A stretch of DNA of 64,000 bases, from NCBI GenBank assembly GCA_965209085.1, contig OZ242376.1:1120001-1184000 (forward strand). The letters run 5' to 3'. Shown here in pieces: positions 53,930 to 64,000 of the stretch (within the stretch, counting starts at the first letter, position 1; each line of letters starts with the position of its first letter). The DNA comes from Nitrosopumilaceae archaeon (GTDB lineage Archaea; Thermoproteota; Nitrososphaeria; Nitrososphaerales; Nitrosopumilaceae). The notes under the pieces were generated by a model. It had not been told where the DNA came from. It saw only the letters and a list, made by a program, of their open reading frames with translations, and ran no database searches. Position numbers and translations under genes: made by a program.

Positions 53930-54379
53930 GGAGGGATCAAAGCTAATTTGTCCTAACTGACTTGGTTTCCATGGCTTTACCCTTTGATTTTTTGCTTTCA
54001 TTATAATCGAGGTTAACATTTGGTGTGATCTGGCAAGATTTCCTCGTCGTTTGTGCTTTGTTGATTTCATTAAATTGACTCTGATCTACTGATTCAAAGC
54101 TTTTTCGGTCATTTACGTTCATGATCTAAAAGCTTTATGGTATGTTTTTGATTTTACTCATGGACAGAGCTACGTTCTGCCTAAATCATAAATTGAAGTT
54201 ATTTTTGCGCGTTAGTAAAGTTTGCCCGCAAATCAAATAGCACGTTTTTGTGCACACGGCCACGTATAATATTCTGTTTTTTGCCATGTATGTGACATTT
54301 TGATTTATTTTGTTGTCTGTTTGAGAACATTATTCACTATGCGTTTTGATCATGACAACACCATAATCAAAATTGTATG

Positions 54380-56056
54380 TCACTGTGATTGATTATGCAT
54401 AAACTCTAATGGCATTATGAAACTGGTTCTTGTTGGAATATTTAATTTCAGAATATTCCATTTTTTCCAATCATCTAAATATGCACGTTGTAGGATAAGA
54501 GCTTGTTGTTTAACGTTGATGGCAATTGTATAATTAATATTACAGTCTAGCGCTTTATCAAAACAATTAATTGCATCATTAAAATTTAATTTTAATATAG
54601 AAAATAATCCTTTTTCTGTATATAATTGTGGATCACTTGGATTAATTTTAATCGCTGAATCATAAAATTTTAATGTATTTACATCATCATTCATTTGCAT
54701 ATACATTCTAGCTATTCCAATATAAGCATGTGATTGGTTTGGATTAATTTCTAAAACTTTTTTATGAAAATTGATTGCATTTTCAAATTCCATGATCCTA
54801 GATAATGCCATTGCATGCAGCATATATGCCTCCTCATATTTTGGATCTAGTTTTACCATTAATTTACAATATTTTATAACATCATGAAATTTATTTTGTC
54901 GATATAAAATATTACATTTTCCTGCATACGCAAATATTTCATTAGGATCTAACTTTAAAGCCTCATCGTAACATGCTAATGATGCATCGAATTCTTTGTG
55001 ATTTAGTAATAATGTGCCTTTTGCAATATGTGCTATTATGTAAGTTGGTTCTAAGTGGATTATTTTATCATAACATTCTAAAGATTCTTCTTTACGATTA
55101 AGTTGTTTTAAAGCTCGTGCTTTTCTTATATATGCAAATATGTATGTTGCATCTAATTCTATAGCTTTATCATAACATGCTAGTGATTCATCAAATTTAT
55201 TCATAGCTTGTAATGCATCTCCTTGATACACATACGCGTCTATTATCGATGAATCCATATCTATTATATTTGTGAAACATGTGTACGCCTCGGAATAATT
55301 TAATAAATCGTATAATGCATTTCCTTTATGCATATATGAAGATATGTCATTAGGTTTTAATTCTAACGATTTATCATAATACATTATAGCTATAGAATAT
55401 TTTTTATTTTTATAATATTCATTACCTTTTATTCTACATTTGTTATTATCTTTCATCATGTTAACTTCCTTCATAATAGATTCTAATACATCCTGTGGCT
55501 CTTTTAGATTTTGTGTTGTTTTAATATCTAATACATCTGATTTTATATTTTCAATACCAGACATCATATTAACTATTATTTCCTTATTATTATTATAATT
55601 ATAATGTGATGCCATAGAATATGATGCAGATTCAGGATTTTTTTCAGCATAAATTATATGATCTTTCAATAATTGTTTTTCGTTAACAAATGATTCTGAA
55701 TCCATATCTATAGATATTATTCTTATAGTTGTTATGTCAAATGGAATATTGGTCGACATATTTTTTCTTTTAACAATTATTGTTGGTTTAATTTGTGCAT
55801 GCCTAAGCCCTAATTCATACATGACATTAGGATTATTTCCCGAAATATCTGCAATAACTATATCTGACATGACTAATTTTTCCATAATTTGGTTTGGTAA
55901 CGATCCCGGTTGATTTATTTTATCAGATCTTAACACAACATCATAATTTAATTCTTGTAAAACTGGAGAAAATATTTTATTAAATATTATATCGGATGTT
56001 ATACGAATATTACTTTCTTCTTTATCTAACGGTGATATGACGAAACAAGATTTCAA
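54380..56056 (-). CDS. Nucleoside 2-deoxyribosyltransferase-like (NDT) domain plus coiled coil plus about 9 TPRs
   Basis: KSCFVISP, RSD and SDIVIADISGNNPNVMYELGLRHA...PFDI are typical of NDT-like effector domains; TPR periodicity starts at about aa 205. Confidence 0.82.
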   Translation of the reverse strand: MKSCFVISPLDKEESNIRITSDIIFNKIFSPVLQELNYDVVLRSDKINQPGSLPNQIMEKLVMSDIVIADISGNNPNVMYELGLRHAQIKPTIIVKRKNMSTNIPFDITTIRIISIDMDSESFVNEKQLLKDHIIYAEKNPESASYSMASHYNYNNNKEIIVNMMSGIENIKSDVLDIKTTQNLKEPQDVLESIMKEVNMMKDNNKCRIKGNEYYKNKKYSIAIMYYDKSLELKPNDISSYMHKGNALYDLLNYSEAYTCFTNIIDMDSSIIDAYVYQGDALQAMNKFDESLACYDKAIELDATYIFAYIRKARALKQLNRKEESLECYDKIIHLEPTYIIAHIAKGTLLLNHKEFDASLACYDEALKLDPNEIFAYAGKCNILYRQNKFHDVIKYCKLMVKLDPKYEEAYMLHAMALSRIMEFENAINFHKKVLEINPNQSHAYIGIARMYMQMNDDVNTLKFYDSAIKINPSDPQLYTEKGLFSILKLNFNDAINCFDKALDCNINYTIAINVKQQALILQRAYLDDWKKWNILKLNIPTRTSFIMPLEFMHNQSQ

Positions 56057-56289
56057 TTATATTCTAAACCTCTATAGAATGGGAACATGATTTGCATCAA
56101 AAAAGACACGATCTAACACATCATTTGATTGTTACGATCGTATTATGTCATTTCACAACCGTTATTGATCTAATGTCATTCATTTCGAAGATTGTAAAAT
56201 ATATAAAATAAAAAAAGAAAGGGTTTGACAGCACCCCAATAGCATTCTACCTTACTGTACGTCTTTTTACGGTCAGAGCCCACTGTGGC

Positions 56290-56435
56290 TTCAGACCACA
56301 TCCGGTCCATTATCACTGGATTCAAATCCCACTTTTGCCACGTTTTTGTACGACGACCATGGCAAGACAAAAATGAGCCCCCGATCCTTTCATTTTTAAT
56401 GCAAAAAACGTTCTCTTTCTACAAGGGCCACACCA
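56290..56435 (+). mobile_element. IS3-family right-end fragment
   Basis: AAAATGAGCCCCCGATCCTTTCATTTTTAATGCAAAAAACGTTCTC...CACCA is homologous to the reverse complement of 42946-43025. The left limit is approximate. Confidence 0.65.
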
Positions 56436-56464
56436 TTATACGGTCTATTGTAATTATGTTAGAT

Positions 56465-57310
56465 TTACCAATCATACTTACCTTTTCTATTTTCAAATTT
56501 ATCAATACTAAATTCTATTTCTGAAAAAGCTTTAGACACACCAACCTGCAGTATTGGAGAGCTGTACATATACATGCCACCAACATTACTAAAAAACCGT
56601 CCATTTGGATCGATCATTATATATGATTCAGTCATAGCATCATTATCTTCAGAGATAATTTGAAGTTGATCATTTTCCAGGCATTTATTTTTTGTAACAA
56701 AACTCTGGAATTTCTCAGAACTGACAAGTAATTTTTCAATTTTGCCGTCATTTTGGCCTTTTATTGGAAGTGCCTGAAATATCTTCCAACGTTTTGGATG
56801 AATTATTTTAATCAATTCTCTGAAATCTTCATTATAATTCCAATCAGTAACCACCGTGTTTAGTTTTACTTTAATCCCCATTTTGTGACATTTTTTAACT
56901 AGATGTATCGATTTTTTAATATAATCTCCTTTTCCACGACCTAATTTCTGCTGTACATCTTCATGGGTTGAATCTATACTAAAAGCAACCCAATCAAGGT
57001 ATTTGCCATAATTTTCCAATAATTTTTCAAGATGAGCACCATTAGTAACCAAACATGTAATCATACCAAGTTGCTTTGCATGAACTATTACATCACCAAG
57101 ATTTTTGAATAGAGTTGGCTCTCCACCTACGAAAGTAATTTTTTCAGTTCCAGCCATGTGCAATTGTGTTAAAATTTGTTGAATTTGATCTAAATTGAGT
57201 GGTATTCGGATGAGTTCATCATTAAATGTTGCAAAGCAATATTCACAGTGTTCATTACATATTTTGATTAAATGAAAATTTACTGAAAGTGGGATATTGG
57301 ATTTAAGCAA
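56465..57310 (-). CDS. Prokaryotic viperin (radical SAM, RSAD2-like antiviral enzyme)
   Basis: SVNFH, CNEHCEYCF (Cx3Cx2C), KITFVGGEP, VTNG, SIDS, KLNTVV, RWKIFQ.L..GQN, M.ESYIMIDP.GRF and the terminal R.G.Y.W characteristic of viperins. Confidence 0.92.
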   Translation of the reverse strand: MLKSNIPLSVNFHLIKICNEHCEYCFATFNDELIRIPLNLDQIQQILTQLHMAGTEKITFVGGEPTLFKNLGDVIVHAKQLGMITCLVTNGAHLEKLLENYGKYLDWVAFSIDSTHEDVQQKLGRGKGDYIKKSIHLVKKCHKMGIKVKLNTVVTDWNYNEDFRELIKIIHPKRWKIFQALPIKGQNDGKIEKLLVSSEKFQSFVTKNKCLENDQLQIISEDNDAMTESYIMIDPNGRFFSNVGGMYMYSSPILQVGVSKAFSEIEFSIDKFENRKGKYDW

Positions 57311-57728
57311 GATTTTTCAGATCCTTTAATTTTTTTAGATCATAAGTTGCAATATTCTCTTGTTTGGAAGCCTTTAGCATATTATTATCAAATGTTACAA
57401 TAGTTGATTCATGAAATTTGGCTGCAGCTAGTATAAGACTATCTGGATAATGGCATATTTCATATTTGGATTCAATGATCTTGGCATATTTCTCCATTGT
57501 TTCGTTTGTTTGAAAAACTGATACTGAAGATCCAAAAAATATTACTTTTTCCACAATGTCAGTATATGATATGTTTTTCTTTTTTTTAGACCAATACACC
57601 TTTTTCACTTCTCCTAGAACAGTATCCATTAAAATGATTGTAGAATATCCACTATTGAATAATAAAGGAATATTCTTGGGGTTGAAACGAAGAACCTGGA
57701 TTACTATACACGAGTCTAAGACTATCAT
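57303..57728 (-). CDS. PIN-domain (VapC-like) nuclease
   Basis: IVLDSC, VLGEV, YPDSLILAAA and IVTFD acidic tetrad; overlaps the viperin start by 8 nt. Confidence 0.88.
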   Translation of the reverse strand: MIVLDSCIVIQVLRFNPKNIPLLFNSGYSTIILMDTVLGEVKKVYWSKKKKNISYTDIVEKVIFFGSSVSVFQTNETMEKYAKIIESKYEICHYPDSLILAAAKFHESTIVTFDNNMLKASKQENIATYDLKKLKDLKNLA

Positions 57729-57820
57729 GCATTATAATCATATGATGCTTAATTCATAACCTTGTTTACCATACAATACCATTCAAGTCTATGCCAATTG
57801 TGAATTTTTAAATAGAATTC

Positions 57821-59614
57821 ATGATTTTTCATATTATATATATGAAATTATCAGACAGGGAGATGAAAATATTAGAAACAATTGAAAAGAAACCCAGAAT
57901 ACAGCAAAATGATCTTTTAGACATAATCAACGCCAAGGCAAATGTTACAGTTTTGAAAGATATTGAAAAATTAATCTTGCAGGACATGATTTTTGGTTAT
58001 AAAATTGGTCAAAATAGATTTTATGAGTTAGAGCCACATCAAGCATTTTATAGAAATTTAGTAATACAAATAAAATATAGAATAACACAATTGATGAACA
58101 TAATAAAAAATATTGAAAAAAAAACTTCAAAATATGGATTGGCTGTGTTACATAACATACAAGAGAATTTTTCACTTTATAATTACAATCCAAGAGATTT
58201 TAAAAATGAAATTGATTGTATAATTCATGATAAACCATATGATGAAATGTCTGCATATCGTCAAAAGATTATCAAAAATATTTCCATGGTAAAAAATACA
58301 ATTAAAGATAATTTATTTGGAATGTCTAATAAATCCATAAATGATATACATATAGAATGTAATCATCTATGTAAAAAATATATAGCTTTAATGCATGATC
58401 GAAATAAAATGAATATATCAAAAGAACGATTTTTGTTAGATGACGAAATTAAAATAGTCGAACACAAATATGCGATACTACATAAGCAATTTTATATTTT
58501 GGAAAAACATTCTAAAATATATATAAAAAATAACCAAGACATAAATGAAATATATGATAGTGATGATTTACACAATAAAAATCATAATGTTATAAAAAAA
58601 AATATACCCGATTCAAATGATGATCAATACTGTAAACGATGTGAAGAAATTTTAGAAATAATATCATATCATGGTTCGCCGATACGTATGTTTATAACCA
58701 ATATTCTATATAATCAACGAAGTTCTATGACCCCCAATACCATTATTAAACACATTACAGATTTAATCAATGCAAAAAGAATTCACATTTTTACAAATGG
58801 TAAAAATACGGCATATTATTTAGCTGATGATGCAAGATATGTTAACTCAAAAAAACAAATTAATGAAAAAATTGAAGAGTGGTACGACATATTGTCCATG
58901 CTAGAACAAAAATCAGATATGTACGATATTGCCATACAAAGAAGTATCTTGAGTTGTTTAAATAAATCGTTTGGGTTGTTACAAGAATTTAACAAAAATA
59001 TGTTTGGAGAATATGCAAAACACGAAGAATCTCTTAGACATGAAACCAACATTCATGAAATGTTTATCACAATATGTCAAAAAATTGATATTGAAAAATT
59101 ACTCAAAAATGTATTAGACAAATGTAAACAAATAAGAGATATTCTATACTATATTAATAAAACATCTAAACATGTCTTTCAATCAGATCAACCTATCAAA
59201 TATTCAGATAATAGTTTAATTCAATTACAAAATGCTGAAAATGATTTGAAAAGATTATGTTATGAGAAAATAGGATATAATGATCCAAAGATTCAAAAAA
59301 TATTTGAAAAACTGTTTATAAATATAGATGGAATGATCGATATGTTATCTAAAAAATCTTTAAAAAATATAGATGAGTATTATAAATTATTTAGAAATAT
59401 AGACGAATTGCTAAGTGACATACATGCTGAAAATACAGATATTGCATCAATTGAAGTTAATTTAATTTTATTAAAAACAGATATGGTTAAAAATCGTACA
59501 ACCAAAAATGAAAATTATGATGAGTTAGTAGAACGTCTGATATCGCTTTTTAAATATTCATGCCATCACGAATTTATTAAAAAATTAATAATTGATTGTT
59601 GTAAGACATCATAA
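57821..59614 (+). CDS. Hypothetical protein with two wHTH plus coiled-coil modules
   Basis: KILETIEK..TVLKDIEKLILQDMIF..KIGQNRFYEL is echoed by EILEIISY..TIIKHITDLINAKRIH..TNGKNTAYYL; very AT-rich; divergent from the PIN-viperin pair. Confidence 0.6.
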   Translation: MIFHIIYMKLSDREMKILETIEKKPRIQQNDLLDIINAKANVTVLKDIEKLILQDMIFGYKIGQNRFYELEPHQAFYRNLVIQIKYRITQLMNIIKNIEKKTSKYGLAVLHNIQENFSLYNYNPRDFKNEIDCIIHDKPYDEMSAYRQKIIKNISMVKNTIKDNLFGMSNKSINDIHIECNHLCKKYIALMHDRNKMNISKERFLLDDEIKIVEHKYAILHKQFYILEKHSKIYIKNNQDINEIYDSDDLHNKNHNVIKKNIPDSNDDQYCKRCEEILEIISYHGSPIRMFITNILYNQRSSMTPNTIIKHITDLINAKRIHIFTNGKNTAYYLADDARYVNSKKQINEKIEEWYDILSMLEQKSDMYDIAIQRSILSCLNKSFGLLQEFNKNMFGEYAKHEESLRHETNIHEMFITICQKIDIEKLLKNVLDKCKQIRDILYYINKTSKHVFQSDQPIKYSDNSLIQLQNAENDLKRLCYEKIGYNDPKIQKIFEKLFINIDGMIDMLSKKSLKNIDEYYKLFRNIDELLSDIHAENTDIASIEVNLILLKTDMVKNRTTKNENYDELVERLISLFKYSCHHEFIKKLIIDCCKTS

Positions 59615-59635
59615 ATATCCATAGGGATTATTTAT

Positions 59636-60522
59636 TAGATGCCTTGCGTAATAAAGAAATTCGATCATGCAGTCCAAACTTTTAGATCACATCGATCTAT
59701 TTTCATGCATGTTTACGGTGTTTTATATTCTCAGAAACGATAATGCGCAAAAAACCACGTGCATTCAAGGCGTTTACCGTTCTTACGGTCGAAGAATTTG
59801 ATTCCTTGATTCCGGGCATACGTAAAAAATATCTTGAATGTCAGCTGGATGTTGCAGATACAGCAGAAAGACAACAAAGTCCAGGAGAGGCATGAAACAT
59901 CACTTGTCACTGCCAGATCGGTTAATAATGACGCTTGTTTATTTACGAGAATACCAGTCGTATGAAAAAATAGGATACATGTTTGACTTGGATCAAAGTA
60001 ATGTACAACGAAACATAGGCATGATTCTAAAGATATTGGCAGATATTCTTCCAACTCCACATAACCTACACAAACAAGTTTTAGAAATAAAATCTTCCAA
60101 AGATCTTGAAAAGAATTTTCCCGACAATTATTGCGTTACAGATGCTACCGAACAACGGGTATGGCGTCCAAGTGACAAGGATGAGTAAAAGAAAAACTAT
60201 TCTGGCAAGCACAAAACACATACTAGAAAAACAACAGAAGTCATAAACGGAAACGGAATGATCTTGTATAGCTCAACGTCATATCCTGGCAGTGTACACG
60301 ATTATGCCATTGTAAAAGAGAACCACCCACTGCAGTGTGAAAACAAAATTACGCAGGATCTGTTGAATTCTGTTTCAAATTTCTATGATAGCACATATCA
60401 TGGAATACATGACGCATTTCCACAAGCAAATTCGATCATATCCTGCAAAAAATATAAAAACAAAAAGAGAACCCATGAACAAATATTTCACAATAAATTA
60501 CTCTCAAGCGTACGTGTGCAGA
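59636..60522 (+). mobile_element. Degenerate, 3'-truncated second copy of the IS5-family element
   Basis: Same left TIR and near-identical DNA to 50992-50105; frameshifts and a stop at 60186; cut by the IS630 at 60523. Confidence 0.88.
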
Positions 60523-61744
60523 TATAGTATAAGAATTTATAATTTACATTTTATCACAAACACACCGAATACAATCTCCATAGTAACAATTACCCCACAT
60601 TATTGTTTCTAAAAAATTAGATAATCGTGCAGTTTGACAAGTTTCATCTGATTAGACAATATGACCCGGTCAATTTTCTTTTTCAGATGTCTGATCGATT
60701 CAAAATGCCCATTTGATATGCATTTTCGTAAAACACGCCACTGGATTTCTATTGGGTTCAGCTCTGGCGTATACGGTGGAAGATAAATTAAACTGATTCG
60801 TCCTTTTCTAGATTTGATGTATTCAAATACGTCACGGTGGCGATGATAAGATGCATTATCATGCACTATTGTCACACGGCCAAACTCTTTTTCCAGGATT
60901 TTTATAAAATCCAAATGACTGTCTTTGTTTGCTTTATCGTAAAACTCGAATATGAAAGAATCCTTGCTTAAAGCTCCAAACATGGTTATTCTGTGTCTGG
61001 TCGGATCTAATGGAACTTGGGGTTTGCTGCCTATGAGGTACCATGCGTTACGGATATTGGTTGTTGGGTAAAGATGAATCTCATCCATGGATACAGTTAC
61101 TGCTCCGTGTGCCTCTCTTTGTGCCAATATGTGCCTAGTTTTTTTTTAAAGCGTTCCTGTTCACTCTTTGATGCAGCTTTGGGATGGTACTGACGGGGTT
61201 TTTGAATTGTAAATCCAAGACGTTTGAGTAAATTTTGTACAGAACGTGGGACATATTGTACCTTGAATTTTTTCCAAATGTGATCCGTTACCATTACAGT
61301 AGACCATGCGGACTGACTATATCCGCATTTTTCAGGTCCGGCAATCAGATCCTTTGTTAGTTTTTCAAGCTGTTTTTCTGAAAGATGGCATTCCCTGCCA
61401 AGACGTTTTATGTTGTATCTTGAGGCTAGTCCATCCTCCATTACCCGTATGAGCCATTTGCATACTGTTGTCTCTTTTACGCCAAGCTCCTCGCCAATCT
61501 TCTCCATTGTTTTGTCCTGTTTTCTTTTAATCCATGAGAGAATACGCTGTTTTGCAACTGGAATCTTTTCTTTTGCATAACAATTTCTAAGATATGTGAT
61601 GCTCATGTTTGGCATGAACTTGATGCCTGCCGGAATTCTGTTCTGTCGCGTCATATTTGCTCTTAAATCTGGTGCGATCTAAACGTAGCGATTAAATTTT
61701 TGTTACAGAGTGGTTAAACGTAATTAATAACTTCTTATACTATA
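60523..61744 (-). mobile_element. IS630-family element, apparently intact
   Basis: TIRs TATAGTATAAGAATTTATAATTTAC and TATAGTATAAGAAGTTATTAATTAC with terminal TA; two overlapping ORFs. Confidence 0.9.
60609..61654 (-). CDS. IS630 transposase, orfA (61097-61654) and orfB (60609-61127) joined by a probable -1 frameshift
   Basis: HTH and winged-helix orfA; DDE orfB (MDE, HDNASYH, LPPYTPELNPIE); slippery TTT AAA AAA AAA C at about 61138-61150. Confidence 0.88.
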
Positions 61745-62114
61745 TTTTGATGCAAAAGCTAGGAAAAAAGCAAAACCGGAAGAATGTGATCTGCCGGTAC
61801 AGGATGTCTTGACAATCGCAGAATCCTACAAAAATGCCGGAAAACAGTTTGGAGTAAAACTTGCCAATGCCACACCCAATTTGTTTACGTTCTTGCAGCA
61901 TCCTGGAATGGCACCGACAAACAATGCCGCCGAGCGTGCAATACGTCCTGTCGCACCGTACCGCAAGGAAAAGGGAGGGCTGAAAAACGCAAAAGGCATG
62001 AGAAGGCTTGGTGTCATTCTGACCTTTTATGAGACCACGCGTATGAGGGGTATCAATCCGCACACAGAATTGGTTAAAATCCTCTGAGAGAGGTTTGGAG
62101 GGTTAGTCATTTAC
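61745..62114 (+). mobile_element. IS66-family 3' remnant (subtype 1)
   Basis: LFTFLQHPGMAPTNNAAERAIRPV..RK..GG is the IS66 transposase C-terminus; it ends in CATTTAC. Confidence 0.8.
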
Positions 62115-63653
62115 CGCCCTTACATACCAATCCTTTATAATACTAGTCGCCACACAATCGTCTTTGTTATAATCAATCACTCTATCAAGTAGTTCTTTGT
62201 GTGTCTCTGGATCATGTGCGTATTGGAGGTATAGATCAATCGATGACATAGCACCTACATCTGTATGTTTCCACTGGTAGCCCATCCATTTGGCTATTGG
62301 TTTAAGACCAGTACCTGGAATTGGAAAAATGTATGAAGAGGTTACTATTGGATGTAGATCATAGAGAATATCCTTTGAAAGAACAAGTTGTTGATCATCA
62401 CTAGATATATCATATTTTTCCATCATTTTGACCATATGTGTTTTTTCATAAGGTGCCCAATGATATAACACATAGTCTTTCTGCGTTCCCAGAAACTCTA
62501 CAAATTCTTTTACCATGTCTTCCTCCGAATCAATATTTTTTGCTACAAATGAGACATATTCCTCCTTGCCATCTTTGCGTATTATAGCACCAATCAAATA
62601 GTCTGTCATGTCTAATTCGTGTGCAGTTTGAGTTGCAAAATCAATGCCTTCTAAATCAAAGAATATTTCCGTAGTCTTCTCTGACAAGGGTTTAGGGGGT
62701 TTGATTTGTACCACTTTATTTTTCAAGATAGCATTTGCATGATGCGTCATTTTGTTTGCATTTATCGCCCCTATTCCATCAATATTCATAAGATTCTGTT
62801 TGCCCGTATTAACAACATCATCAAGTTTTTGGTATCCTGCTTCAACGAGTTTATTTTTCATTTTTAATCCCACGCCATGAAGCAACGATACATCCCGTTC
62901 TTCCAATGCCATTTTGTTACAATAATCATTCCACGGGTACATACATGAACCAAATGTGGGCGATGGTCGCTCCCCATCTTTGATCTTGAACACGCCTTCT
63001 ATTTTATCAAATAACTCGCCCTCATATTCTGCAAATTTATACGGAATCTCATGCTTTTCCATGTTTATTAGATAAAACGTATCTGGAGTATAACCTTGTA
63101 TTTTACCGATTATGTGATTGTATAAAGCTGCCTGAAGTATGTGGCCTTTTTTGATATTTTTGGCAATTTTAATCTCTTTTATGGCATAGTGATGTTTTCC
63201 AAAGATGGATCTACCATCTTCTTTTACAATCTGATCTGCAGTGCCATAAAGTCCTTCAGGTAGGTAATATAATGGAGCATTTAGTATGGCCATAGTTTTA
63301 GATGCCATACTGTCTAGTACTTTACGAAATCCATCTTCAGGAGTATCAAATATCATTGGTTCAGAATTTGGAAATTCTTCTTGATTTACCTTTTCTTCAT
63401 GCTCGTTTCCCATCTTGCCGAGTTCAACAAGGTATGCGTCTGGGATTTTGTCCATTTCTGATCTATCTACAAAATTATTACAGTAAAGATAGAATGGTGC
63501 ATCTACGTATTGACGTATGTCCGTTGCGGTCAGCCTATGTTTTGTTTTATGATTCATGTATATCTCAAATAGATCTTCACAATTGACGCTTTTGGAATCC
63601 CTATTTGTTCTAGATTTGAATATATCCATTTTCAATATGGGCATATGAAACAT
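62103..63653 (-). CDS. TM0106-family RecB-like nuclease (PD-(D/E)xK plus HhH plus RNase H-like)
   Basis: GTADQI, KEIK...HILQAALY, HGVG/DGIG HhH motifs, FFDLE, YHW..YE, GLKPIA and YNKDDC. The real start may be the ATG at 63629. Confidence 0.85.
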   Translation of the reverse strand: MFHMPILKMDIFKSRTNRDSKSVNCEDLFEIYMNHKTKHRLTATDIRQYVDAPFYLYCNNFVDRSEMDKIPDAYLVELGKMGNEHEEKVNQEEFPNSEPMIFDTPEDGFRKVLDSMASKTMAILNAPLYYLPEGLYGTADQIVKEDGRSIFGKHHYAIKEIKIAKNIKKGHILQAALYNHIIGKIQGYTPDTFYLINMEKHEIPYKFAEYEGELFDKIEGVFKIKDGERPSPTFGSCMYPWNDYCNKMALEERDVSLLHGVGLKMKNKLVEAGYQKLDDVVNTGKQNLMNIDGIGAINANKMTHHANAILKNKVVQIKPPKPLSEKTTEIFFDLEGIDFATQTAHELDMTDYLIGAIIRKDGKEEYVSFVAKNIDSEEDMVKEFVEFLGTQKDYVLYHWAPYEKTHMVKMMEKYDISSDDQQLVLSKDILYDLHPIVTSSYIFPIPGTGLKPIAKWMGYQWKHTDVGAMSSIDLYLQYAHDPETHKELLDRVIDYNKDDCVATSIIKDWYVRAVND

Positions 63654-63663
63654 GTATTTATTT

Positions 63664-63850
63664 GTATGAGGTCAGCTATTAAACGACACTGAACATATCT
63701 TCAAAGACGCTTTTACCGTGTGCATTCCACATCAAAACGCACGTTAAAAAGTTTAACATTCTTCTCATGGATTCAGATCCTCTGATCTGTCCGCTTATCT
63801 TACGGCGAACCACGACATCTCGTAATGCCCGCTCGGCTGCATTAGGCCTT
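63664..63850 (-). mobile_element. IS66-family 3' remnant (subtype 3)
   Basis: Minus strand reads NAAERALRDVVVRRKISGQIRGSESMRR; terminus GTATGAGGTCAGC. The right limit is approximate. Confidence 0.72.
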
Positions 63851-64000
63851 ATGCATAATCAATCACTGAGACATACGGTTCCGACTATGACGCTGTCATG
63901 ATCAAAGTACACATGGCCTAAAACCTTCAAGCAGACAACAAAATAAATCAAAATATCATATGCATGACAAAAAGCAGAATATTATGCGTGACCGTATGCA

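Noticed and set aside
53930-54370. Degenerate coding-like sequence, possibly another IS fragment
   Set aside because: Multiple stops, and no diagnostic motif or terminal repeat that I could identify.

Overview
This looks like an archaeal accessory region, most likely from Nitrososphaerota (Thaumarchaeota) and plausibly a host-associated lineage. That assignment is inferred from the leaderless TATA promoters, the IS repertoire and the giant LVIVD/Ig surface protein. The window has three parts. (1) 1-8.5 kb is a defence block next to tRNA-Arg(GCG): phosphorothioation genes dndB-dndC-dndD (dndD runs off the window), a DUF262/HNH-type nuclease, an ApeA-like HEPN protein, an apparently inactive NurA paralog and an 81-bp MITE. 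(2) 8.9-42.8 kb is a single intact 11,302-aa exported protein with about 12 beta-propellers separated by Ig-like spacers. It shows recent tandem duplications, patchwork homogenisation and hypervariable blade loops. (3) 42.8-64 kb is a dense field of IS remnants (IS66, IS3, IS5, IS630, IS110) containing defence-type genes: a HerA/VirD4-like ATPase-nuclease fusion plus TPR protein, a TIR protein, an NDT-TPR protein, a PIN-viperin pair, a double-wHTH protein and a TM0106 nuclease. The strongest leads are two IS110 ends encoding bridge-RNA-like two-loop RNAs, whose donor guides match the reconstructed circle junction and whose target loops differ; the PIN-viperin(-NDT/TPR) module; the diversifying giant propeller protein; and the Dnd plus SspE/GmrSD-like pairing. 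All family calls come from motifs read by eye; no database searches were run.
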